DNA of 64,000 nucleotides from a virus: positions 35,176 through 99,175 of the IMG/VR virus record IMGVR_UViG_3300037504_000682; one strand, 5' to 3'. Shown piece after piece: positions 29,228 to 37,717 of the stretch (positions are counted from its first letter, which is position 1; every line of letters begins with the position of its first letter). The notes under the pieces are model-generated. The model did not search any database and was not told the DNA's origin. It saw only the letters and a list, made by a program, of their open reading frames with translations. The translations under genes and the position numbers were made by a program.

Positions 29228-32200
29228 ATGCCGGATCCGCTAGTCGTTCAACTCGCTAACCAATTTCGGGAGCAGCTCGACGGCCGGGCCAATGAGGCCA
29301 TCGAGCAGATGGCCGGCGAGTGGCTCAAGGTCGAGGAGCGCCTGAAGGCTGACATCGAGCTTTTGGCCGCCGAACTGGCCGCCGCGCCCGGCGAGGTCAA
29401 GCTCAGCCCGATGACCGAGACGGTCAAGCTGATGCAGGAGGCCGGCTACGCGCCGGATTACATCCTCCAGCTCCTGGCCACCCAGGGCATTTTCGAGATA
29501 CCGGAGGTGCCCCAGCCCCAGGCCAAGCAACTCAAGGACTGGCAGCTGGCCCAGCTGCGGCGCTACGTCCGCCTCCTGGTCCAAGTGCAGGCCGAGATCG
29601 CCCGCTTCACCGGCCAGACGGCCGCCCCGATTATCGAGCAGCTCCAGGCCGACGCGGCCTATGAGGGTATTCAAAACGCCCTGACGATGATCGAAGCCTC
29701 GGTGTCAAGTGCCGGCGGCAGTACGGTCGATCTCGCCTTTGACCAGCTCAATACCGCCGCCGTGGAGAACATCGTGGCTATCGCCGGGGCCGGCCGGCCC
29801 CTGGGCGACCTGCTCCAGGCCGCTTATCCCCTGTCAGCCAACGGGATTACCAATGAGCTCGTCTACGGCACAGCCAAGGGCCAGAACCCGCGCAAAACAG
29901 CCCGGTCGATTATTGAAAATGGCCTGGCCCAGGGGCTCAACCATATGCTACTGGTGGCCAGAGACCAGCAGGTTAGAGCGGTCAGGGAGTCAGCCCGGCA
30001 GCAGTACGCCCGGGCCGGCATCGAGGGCTACCGCCGGCTGGCCGCCAAGCAGGCTCGCACCTGCCTGGCCTGCCTGGCCCTGGACGGCACCATCTGGCCC
30101 ACCTCGGAGCTGATGGCGCTTCATCCCCAAGATAGATGCTCGATGCTTCCGCTGGTGCCCGGCTTTGAGCCCGTTCAGTTTGAGACCGGCCCCGAGTGGT
30201 TCATGAAGCAGCCGGCTTCGGTCCAGAAGGAAATGATGGGCCCGGGCAAGTATGAGCTTTGGAAGGCCGGCGGCTTCGAGTTTGACCAGCTGGCCACGAT
30301 CAAGCCCAATCGCACCTGGGGGCCGAGCGCCCAGGTGACCACCCTCAAGGACCTGCAGCGCGGCCGGGGCGGATTCCGGCCGCCGGGCTCACCGACCCCG
30401 GCCCAACCCCGACCACCTACTGGACCGGTCGCCCCTGGCCCTTCTCCCCTGCCCGGCCTGGATCACGAGGCCCTGATGATCAAGGACCTGCACCAGCTGG
30501 GGCCGGATTGGGGCGAGCAGACCAACTGGAAAAACCAGAGCTACGGCGGAATCCTCTTTGACGACCAGGGTCGGGTGCTGCTGCGAAAGCCGACCGGCGA
30601 ATTCGGCGGCTACGCCTGGACTTTCCCCAAGGGCAAGATGAACAACTCCAAGGAGCACCCTGTCCAGACGGCCTTAATGGAAGTCGAGGAGGAGACCGGC
30701 CACGACGGCCAGATCATCGGCCTGGTGCCGGGCCAGTTCAAGGGAGACACCGGCCAGACCAACTTCTTCCTGATGAAATCCAACAGCTGGGACCGGTCGT
30801 TGATGGATGACGAGACCGAGCGGTTGGTCTGGGCTACGCCGGAGGAGGCCAAGAAGCTCATACGGCAGGGGGCCAACGAGAAGGGGGTCAAGCGGGACCT
30901 GGCCGTCCTGGAGGCGGCCACGAAGGCCCACGGCGACCTGCTGAGTGGGGAGGCGACCAACGACTACCTGTTCGACCAGAAGGGGCCGGTGGTGATCACC
31001 AACTTTAGTCAGCCACTCCTGGATCACATCGAAAAGCAGGCGGGGCAGATCAGCCACCAGAACAAAATGGAGCTACTTGTAACCAAGGCTGACATTGGTA
31101 AAAGCGGCACCAAGGGCATAGTAGTTCTGGATAGCGACGGGAGCCTGAAGGCTCTGGCCACTTATGATGACAAGTCCAGTGACTATGTATATGTTCATAA
31201 CGCCTGGGGCGATACAGTTACCAACGGAAAAACCCTGCTTATAAACTTGGGGCAGATAGCCGCTAAGGACGGCAGGGGTATTATCTTGACCCCCAAAGCA
31301 AGCAAGGTCAAACAATCCGCACCAAAAGTTGGATACAAGTCAACCGACGATGGCGGGCCGGTCACCCCGGGCTCGTTTTACCTTGAATCTGACTGGATGA
31401 AGGAATGGAAAAAGGCCCCGACCAAGTTCAAGCCGCCCAGTCCCCGGCCGCTTCCGCCTGAGCCCAAGGGGTACGACCGTAAGACCATCCCTCCAACTGA
31501 CGCCAAGCTAACGGGTGAGATAAAAGAGCTGGCCCAGGCGGACTTCGGCGATCCCCTGGCCTTGAAGGGAGCCCAGGTGGCGGCTGATAAAATCGCCGGC
31601 GGCCAGAAGGGGTTTATGTACGCCTCCGACACCGGCAAGCTGAAGGGGGTCATTTCTTACGAGGAGCAGGGTTCGATCATCAAGGTCGGCTCGGCCGGCT
31701 TCAGCGACTTCGAGACCAACCTGGCGGGCCTCCAGGACGTGGTGAAAATAGCCAAGCAAGCCGGCAAGGACTTCGTTACCTTCGCCCCGAAGGGCCCCAT
31801 CTTGGACCAGTACCTCAAATGGGGCTTTGAGGTCAACACCGCTTACGGCAACGGCGCTTCCCTAATTCTCAAGAAGCAGAACTTCGATGAGTGGCTGGGT
31901 GACCCGGCCAAATACGGCAAGGAGCACCGCTCCTCGCTGGAGCCCACCCCCTCCGGCAGCTACAGCCCGCCACCCCAGCCGACCAGCAGCGGTTACAAGG
32001 CCACGCCCCGGCCCCGGGACCCTGACCCCCTGCCGGATCCGGCTCCCCTGCCCGACCCTGACGATTTCCCGCCGGACCCGGCCGTGCTGACCGTCGTCCG
32101 TAAACTGGGTGGGTCGACCGGGGCCGAGCTGGTCGAGGACGTGGTCACCGGCCGGCGCTACGTCCGCAAGCGAGGCGGTAGCCCTGACCACATCCTGGAG

Positions 32201-33592
32201 GAGGTTCACGCCGATGCGGCCTACCAGGCGGCCGGGGCTAACGTGCCCCGCTTCAAGTTGTACGACACCCCCGCCGGCCCGGTCAAGTTGGCCGAGTTCA
32301 TCGAGGGCGAGGTGCTGGGCGACGTGCTAAAGAAGGGCGGGGCCCGGGCCAAGAAGGCAAGAGAGGCGATGAAGGAGAATTTTGGGGCCGACGCGCTGTT
32401 TGGCAATCGGGACGTGATAGGCGCGGACTACGACAACGTCCTGGTTGATAAGTCTGGCCGGGTCTGGCGCATCGACAATGGCGGGTCGTTCAGGTTCCGG
32501 GCAATGGGCGAGCGAAAGACCGACTGGGACGATTACCCTCTTGAGTTCTGGTCGATGCGAGACAAGCAATACAGGCAGGTTCACGATTTGTTTGGCGACC
32601 TGGACTTTTATTCCATCTCCGACCAGGTAATGGAGCTAAAGCGCCGGCGGGAGGCAATCCTGGCCGCCGTGCCGGAGGAGGTCCGGGACGTGCTGGATCG
32701 CCGGCTGCGAAACATCACGGATATGGCCACCACCGGCCAGGCGATGCAGGGCGATGATTTCCAGGTCGACTATGCCGACGGAATGAGCCGGCAGCGAATG
32801 GAGATGCGCAAGGGCGGGCTGACTGATCAGATGCCCCTGGCGATGGGGATTAAGGGATACGAGAAGGCCAGCGCCAAGAAGCGTTACAAAGGGGCTGTGA
32901 ATACCAGCGCGGTCTACGACGAACAGGGCCGACAGTTCGACCGGCTGCGGGGTGGGAACTCACTGATCGGCCAACTTAAGGGCTTTGTGAACAAGGCCGG
33001 CGGTAATTATGACCTGGTCGTCAAGTGGGCCAGCGAACAGGCCGGCAGTAGCTGGTCGCCGGCATCTCAGGCGCTGAAATACCACGTGGTCCAACAGATG
33101 AACAAGGCCGAAAAGCTGTTCTGGTGGCGAGATGGCAAATCAAAAGCCGAGAAGTATTATAAATCCATAGCCAGCGATAAGGCTGCCTATGATAAAACCT
33201 TCCAGGCCCTGCACGCCTTTACCCAGGAGATGTTGACCAGAATGGACCTGCCGAATAAGACAGAAAGAGATACAATCTTCTTGCTCAGATCGGAGGCGTC
33301 CAATATTTTGAGCAGGAACGGGATAAAACCGGGAGACACAGGGGCCACGATGCCCCGGGGGGCCATTGAGAGTACATCTGTTTTTGGAGGGGTGTACATC
33401 GGGGGCTCGGAGCTAACTCGACAAGAGGTCCCTTTGCATCGGATAATCGCGCCGTATTTTATGGAAAGGGTCCCAGGCAGCGGGGTAAGTATGTTCTACG
33501 GTGACAACGAAAATGAATTCGTGGTCATTCTCGGGGGCGACCTGCCATTCGACTACGTTGGCAGAAATAACGGGTCGGTTGTCATTGACTGA
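29228..33592 (+). CDS. MuF head morphogenesis protein fused to Nudix, GNAT-like, kinase-like and ART-like modules
   Basis: MuF RTCLACLALDG...HPQDRC; Nudix FPKG...EVEEETG; kinase LGGSTGA...YVRK...GNRD....DN...RIDNGG; C-term R...STS...ENE. Confidence 0.8.
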   Translation: MPDPLVVQLANQFREQLDGRANEAIEQMAGEWLKVEERLKADIELLAAELAAAPGEVKLSPMTETVKLMQEAGYAPDYILQLLATQGIFEIPEVPQPQAKQLKDWQLAQLRRYVRLLVQVQAEIARFTGQTAAPIIEQLQADAAYEGIQNALTMIEASVSSAGGSTVDLAFDQLNTAAVENIVAIAGAGRPLGDLLQAAYPLSANGITNELVYGTAKGQNPRKTARSIIENGLAQGLNHMLLVARDQQVRAVRESARQQYARAGIEGYRRLAAKQARTCLACLALDGTIWPTSELMALHPQDRCSMLPLVPGFEPVQFETGPEWFMKQPASVQKEMMGPGKYELWKAGGFEFDQLATIKPNRTWGPSAQVTTLKDLQRGRGGFRPPGSPTPAQPRPPTGPVAPGPSPLPGLDHEALMIKDLHQLGPDWGEQTNWKNQSYGGILFDDQGRVLLRKPTGEFGGYAWTFPKGKMNNSKEHPVQTALMEVEEETGHDGQIIGLVPGQFKGDTGQTNFFLMKSNSWDRSLMDDETERLVWATPEEAKKLIRQGANEKGVKRDLAVLEAATKAHGDLLSGEATNDYLFDQKGPVVITNFSQPLLDHIEKQAGQISHQNKMELLVTKADIGKSGTKGIVVLDSDGSLKALATYDDKSSDYVYVHNAWGDTVTNGKTLLINLGQIAAKDGRGIILTPKASKVKQSAPKVGYKSTDDGGPVTPGSFYLESDWMKEWKKAPTKFKPPSPRPLPPEPKGYDRKTIPPTDAKLTGEIKELAQADFGDPLALKGAQVAADKIAGGQKGFMYASDTGKLKGVISYEEQGSIIKVGSAGFSDFETNLAGLQDVVKIAKQAGKDFVTFAPKGPILDQYLKWGFEVNTAYGNGASLILKKQNFDEWLGDPAKYGKEHRSSLEPTPSGSYSPPPQPTSSGYKATPRPRDPDPLPDPAPLPDPDDFPPDPAVLTVVRKLGGSTGAELVEDVVTGRRYVRKRGGSPDHILEEVHADAAYQAAGANVPRFKLYDTPAGPVKLAEFIEGEVLGDVLKKGGARAKKAREAMKENFGADALFGNRDVIGADYDNVLVDKSGRVWRIDNGGSFRFRAMGERKTDWDDYPLEFWSMRDKQYRQVHDLFGDLDFYSISDQVMELKRRREAILAAVPEEVRDVLDRRLRNITDMATTGQAMQGDDFQVDYADGMSRQRMEMRKGGLTDQMPLAMGIKGYEKASAKKRYKGAVNTSAVYDEQGRQFDRLRGGNSLIGQLKGFVNKAGGNYDLVVKWASEQAGSSWSPASQALKYHVVQQMNKAEKLFWWRDGKSKAEKYYKSIASDKAAYDKTFQALHAFTQEMLTRMDLPNKTERDTIFLLRSEASNILSRNGIKPGDTGATMPRGAIESTSVFGGVYIGGSELTRQEVPLHRIIAPYFMERVPGSGVSMFYGDNENEFVVILGGDLPFDYVGRNNGSVVID

Positions 33593-33652
33593 GTTTGCAA
33601 CGCTCGTTACAAACTCGAAATCGCCGGCCGGCTGTGATATACTGAGGGTACG

Positions 33653-33973
33653 ATGAAAATCACCGATGCCAGATGGACCGAAGCCAGCAACGGCCTGCCG
33701 CTGCTGAAACTGAAAATCAACGGAGTAGAGGTCATCATCGACCCGGCCCAGAAAGCGATTTCTGAAGGAGTAGTGTTTTTGACGACGCCGCCCGAACATC
33801 TTGACCTGCTGCCGGAGATTACCATCCCGGGGGACAAGAGCGACAACCGGGGCTCGATCACCACCAACCAGGCCACAAGAGACAGGAGGATACTCAGGCT
33901 GACCAAGGAGTTCCTGGAGGCCGCCCAGAAGGACGATTTCGAGCCGGGGCCGGTGGCCCTGGAGGAAGAGTAA
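33653..33973 (+). CDS. Small acidic protein, candidate immunity protein for the MuF effector
   Basis: Directly downstream of MuF fusion; own TGaTATACT (-10 near 33635-33643); followed by terminator. Confidence 0.55.
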   Translation: MKITDARWTEASNGLPLLKLKINGVEVIIDPAQKAISEGVVFLTTPPEHLDLLPEITIPGDKSDNRGSITTNQATRDRRILRLTKEFLEAAQKDDFEPGPVALEEE

Positions 33974-33999
33974 AGCCGGGGGCAAGCCCGGCTTTTTTT
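33973..33999 (+). terminator. Intrinsic terminator
   Basis: AAGCCGGG...CCCGGCTT + T run. Confidence 0.8.
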
Positions 34000-34007
34000 A
34001 TTCCTTA

Positions 34008-34290
34008 GAGAAAATGGATGGCCTTATTTGAGAATAGGCCGACTTGTTTTGTCTGGCCTGGCGGGAAAAATAGGCCGGCTTATAGTGGTCGCTATTTCTC
34101 GGGTGGCCGGAGAGAAATAGAGAGGGTTATAGTTCGACTTGTTTGTCTCGGGTCGCCCGAGAAATTAGCGGAGCTTGTTTGGGAATGAAGGGGCGTTAAT
34201 TTGTGGCCGGGTGGAGAGAAATTAACGATCGGTAAAGGGAGGATAGAGTAGCTTGTTTTATCTGGTCACCAGGGCCTGGCGACCAGAGTT
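34008..34290. repeat. Array B of ~48-bp degenerate dyad elements (about 5 units)
   Basis: Same TA-N8-TR / TTTYTC...GAGAAA grammar as 21297-21680. Confidence 0.7.
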
Positions 34291-34292
34291 TA

Positions 34293-34339
34293 GAACGCGT
34301 GTTCAAAACTGTACAGCGGACTCCTCGGTATGGTAAAAT
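34293..34339 (+). promoter_or_regulatory. SOS-box-like dyad and extended -10 upstream of CRISPR array
   Basis: GAAC-GCGT-GTTC at 34293-34304; TGgTAAAAT at 34331-34339. Confidence 0.55.
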
Positions 34340-34373
34340 GGGATGGAAGTGTAACCCAACCGGCAACCGAAGT

Positions 34374-34587
34374 CTATTCCCCACACGCGTGGGGGTGAAC
34401 CGAGAACCCGCTGCGGCCGGATGAGCAGGAATCAGCTATTCCCCACACGCGTGGGGGTGAACCGGGCCAGCAGCTGGCCGGGGCGGCCTGGGCCAAGCTA
34501 TTCCCCACACGCGTGGGGGTGAACCGGGGTCCCCGCTTTTGGCCAGTTCGGTCGCGAACTATTCCCTACATACGTGGGGGCGGCGGG
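34374..34587 (+). CRISPR. Type I-E-like mini CRISPR array: 3 identical repeats + 1 degenerate, 3 spacers, no cas genes in window
   Basis: CTATTCCCCACACGCGTGGGGGTGAACCG (29 nt) at 34374, 34436, 34498; degenerate copy at 34559; spacers 33, 33, 32 nt. Confidence 0.95.
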
Positions 34588-34630
34588 TTACACAACGAGA
34601 CTGGAAGTGTAACCGATACTTGGAGGGGAA

Positions 34631-35215
34631 ATGGCGGAAATCGGCGAGGAGAGACGTATCACAGAGCGCGATGTAATCCAGGTTCGCAAGAAGATCGACA
34701 CCGTCTTGCAAAAAGCCCTGGCGGGCTATGAAACCGACTTCAAGGATTCGGGCGGATATGTGAAGTGGGGCGAGGTTCAACAAGCGGTACATGAGGCGTT
34801 GGGTGATTTCTGGTCAAGGGCAGATCCGGAAATTTGGTTTGACGCAGCCCGGCCGACCATTGTTTGCCTTTGTGGGTCGACCAGGTTCTGGCGGGAATTC
34901 CAGCGGGCCAGCCTGCGCGAAACGATGGCCGGCAAAATCGTCCTGAGCATCGGGGCGGCCACCGGCACCGACGATGAACACTTCGGCAATCTTCCCCAAG
35001 AAGAGTATGACCGGATAAAGGTAGAGCTTGACGAGCTACACCTGAGAAAGATCGACCTGGCGGACGAGGTTCTGATCCTGAATGTCGACGGATACATCGG
35101 CGAGTCGACTGGTCGAGAGTTGGCCTACGCTAGGCGGGCCGGCAAGTTCGTGAGGTTTCTTGAGGATCATCCTGGGATTGGGGGAACGATAAAGGGGGAA
35201 AGGACTGACCAATGA
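34631..35215 (+). CDS. Nucleoside 2-deoxyribosyltransferase-like fold protein
   Basis: VCLCGSTRF...KIDLADEVLILNVDGYIGEST..E..YA. Confidence 0.6.
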   Translation: MAEIGEERRITERDVIQVRKKIDTVLQKALAGYETDFKDSGGYVKWGEVQQAVHEALGDFWSRADPEIWFDAARPTIVCLCGSTRFWREFQRASLRETMAGKIVLSIGAATGTDDEHFGNLPQEEYDRIKVELDELHLRKIDLADEVLILNVDGYIGESTGRELAYARRAGKFVRFLEDHPGIGGTIKGERTDQ

Positions 35216-35568
35216 ACAACGAAGAACCAACCACCTGGGCCATAATCGAACTTATGGGCCATCAAAAAATAGCCGGCCGCTACAGCGAGCGCGGGGCCAT
35301 GCACCGCGTCGACGTCCCCGGCGATGGGGATGAATTTAGATTCACCCGGCTTTACTCGCCCCAGGCCATCTACTCGATCACCTTCGTTGACGAGCAAGCG
35401 GCCCGGATGGCGGCCAGGGCGCTGGAGGTGCAGCCGATCACGATCTGGGAGGTCAACCAGGAAATTCGCCGGCTGGCAGCTCCGGCTGAATCAGGCGACG
35501 TGCTGGATGAGTACGTCGAGCACGAAGACTACGACTACGACGACGATTATGAGGGAGTGCCGTTTTAG
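35212..35568 (+). CDS. Conserved phage hypothetical protein
   Basis: WAIIELMGH..IAG...RVDVP...AIYSIT. Confidence 0.7.
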   Translation: MNNEEPTTWAIIELMGHQKIAGRYSERGAMHRVDVPGDGDEFRFTRLYSPQAIYSITFVDEQAARMAARALEVQPITIWEVNQEIRRLAAPAESGDVLDEYVEHEDYDYDDDYEGVPF

Positions 35569-35630
35569 TGGACAAAGGTGCCACGGTCGTTTTCGGTCCA
35601 ATATTGAAAGACCAGGAAGGCTCATACCCA

Positions 35631-36176
35631 ATGAAGCTAATCGTAATCCCCAGGGAAAAGACTATCATCGAAGTACCCGACGAAGTCCGGCCGGCGCTCT
35701 GCCTCGACCTGGACGGCACGGTCCGCTACAGCAAAAACGGCGAATTCATCAACCGGCCGGAGGACATCGACCTCTTCGATGGCGTCGAGGAGAAAATCTG
35801 GCAGTACCGAGACGACGGCTATCTGATCTTCGGGATCACCAACCAGGGCGGGGTCGCCTTCGGCTACAAAACCCCGGCCGGCTGCGAGGCTGAGATCGAG
35901 GCCACTTGCAACCTATTTGAGCGCAACCCGTTTCACATCATCAAATCCAGCTACCACCATCCCAAGGGGACGGTCGAGCCGTACAACTACCGGTCGCTGC
36001 TGCGGAAGCCGGACATCGGGATGCTGGCCCTGTGCGAGGTCGACGCCTGGCAGGCCGGCTATGTGGTCGACTGGGACCGGAGCCTCTTTGTGGGTGACCG
36101 GCCGGAGGACCAGGAGTGTGCCGAGTGGGCCGGGATCGAGTTCCGGTGGGCCGGTGAGTTTTTCGGGAGGGAGTGA
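35631..36176 (+). CDS. HAD-IIIA phosphatase (GmhB/polynucleotide 3'-phosphatase-like)
   Basis: DLDGT, ITNQGG, RKP..GM, FVGDR.ED. Confidence 0.85.
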   Translation: MKLIVIPREKTIIEVPDEVRPALCLDLDGTVRYSKNGEFINRPEDIDLFDGVEEKIWQYRDDGYLIFGITNQGGVAFGYKTPAGCEAEIEATCNLFERNPFHIIKSSYHHPKGTVEPYNYRSLLRKPDIGMLALCEVDAWQAGYVVDWDRSLFVGDRPEDQECAEWAGIEFRWAGEFFGRE

Positions 36177-36863
36177 AACCAAAGTGCCAGCCGAGCAATA
36201 CTTGATTGACTACAGAGCCGTTCACGGCGAATATCCAGAATGGTATTATGAGCAACAGGCCGATTGTTGGTGCTGTGCCTACGGGTGCAGCGACCATCAG
36301 GGCAATCTGTTGCCCAACGCCTGCGACTGCTGTACGGGGCAGTGCGATTGCCCGTGTCACCAAAAGCAGCTTGAGCCCAGCAGGGTAGAAGCCGCCCCAC
36401 GAGACAGGGACCCCGGCCAGGAATAAATGCCGGCACCGCCAGCCGCACGGCGACCGGACGCCTACCGCAGGGGGCTTGACCTGCGGCGTAATTCTACCCG
36501 TTCACATAGATAGCAGTGTAGCACCGAGAGCGACGGCCGGGAGAGGTGCGGCCCCGGCCGTCTTGAGGCCAACCGGGAGCATTATCCCGTCGTCGGCTGG
36601 CATACCTGACAGAAACGTATGCTGGTTGTTATCCTCCCAACCAATAGGATGAGGTTGGCAAGCGTTCGGAACAGTTTGCGCGGCCGGAAAAGGAACTCCC
36701 GTTTTAAGTGCCTGTGACGGATACAGACCACCCAGTTATGGCGTTCTGTGATAAAAACGCCAGAAACCAAAACGGCCGCCCTGTGACCACCGAAGCCCCG
36801 CGCGGCGCGCGGGGTCAGATGGAGGTAGGTGGCGCGGGGCGGCCCATCAGAAGGAGAGGCTTA

Positions 36864-37118
36864 ATGTATCCACCAAAACCAACTCACATCTACATCGGCC
36901 GGGACGCCGGCGGCTGCTGCCTGGCCATCCGAAACGACTATGGCGACAAAGACACCGGCCAGAATGTGGCCCAAATGATAGAGAGCGGCCTGGCCGTCGA
37001 GCGGGTCGACTGGGAAACCTACGTTGGCAAGGTCTCCAACGAACCGACCTTTATGAACTGTAACTGCAAGCCGCCTGAGCCGGAGCCCGAGTTGCAGCCG
37101 GCGCTGTTTGCGGACTAA
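36864..37118 (+). CDS. Hypothetical protein
   Basis: AGGAGAGG RBS before ATG 36864. Confidence 0.55.
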   Translation: MYPPKPTHIYIGRDAGGCCLAIRNDYGDKDTGQNVAQMIESGLAVERVDWETYVGKVSNEPTFMNCNCKPPEPEPELQPALFAD

Positions 37119-37124
37119 TTAGGA

Positions 37125-37340
37125 GTGAGCGTTATGGAACCGACCATATTCTACCGTATTGAAACCCTGGTCCAAGCGGCTGCTTGGACCTCAATAACTG
37201 AGGTCGACCGCGTTGAGCCGATAGAAGACGAGGCCAAAGCTCAAGAGCTCTTCGAGGTCGCCAAGAAGCTAAAACGCCCCAACGACTGGCCGGTCCGGTT
37301 GGTCAAGGTCACCGAAGAGGTACTGGAGATCAGCGAATGA
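37125..37340 (+). CDS. Hypothetical protein
   Basis: Operon ORF. Confidence 0.55.
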   Translation: MSVMEPTIFYRIETLVQAAAWTSITEVDRVEPIEDEAKAQELFEVAKKLKRPNDWPVRLVKVTEEVLEISE

Positions 37341-37717
37341 CCACCCTCAAGCCCTACATCGCCTACCCTGAGCATTACGGTCCTCACCACGCCGCCGCTC
37401 TGGTCCTGGCCACCTCCGTCAGGGAGGCCAAACGGTTGGCCTGGCGGCGCAGCTGGTTGCCGGACGAGTGCGACGGCTGGACCGATCTGGCCGTCCGGCT
37501 GTTTCGGCCTGCGGACCGCGCCCTGCCATTGGCCGACCAGGATAAGCTGGCCGCCGGCATCCCTCACGTGGTCGAAAGCCCGGCCTACTGCCAGTCCTGT
37601 GAGCAGTGGGGCTGCGGGGTGACTGAGGACGGCCGGTGCTGTCATTGTAATGAGTATCCCGGCGATGAGTTAGTGGGGTTGTTTGGTGGACAGAAAGAAG
37701 AAGCAGGAGATGCATGA
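37337..37717 (+). CDS. Hypothetical protein with C-terminal Zn-finger-like Cys
   Basis: CQSC...CCHC. Confidence 0.6.
   Translation: MTTLKPYIAYPEHYGPHHAAALVLATSVREAKRLAWRRSWLPDECDGWTDLAVRLFRPADRALPLADQDKLAAGIPHVVESPAYCQSCEQWGCGVTEDGRCCHCNEYPGDELVGLFGGQKEEAGDA

Noticed and set aside
34403-34435. Self-match of spacer 1 near 5570 (ATCCGGCCGCAG)
   Set aside because: Only about 12 nt of a common GC word; flanks disagree
34465-34497. Self-match of spacer 2 to portal end (~27045), ~40915 or tail tube (~50680)
   Set aside because: Short matches expected by chance in this GGCC-rich genome
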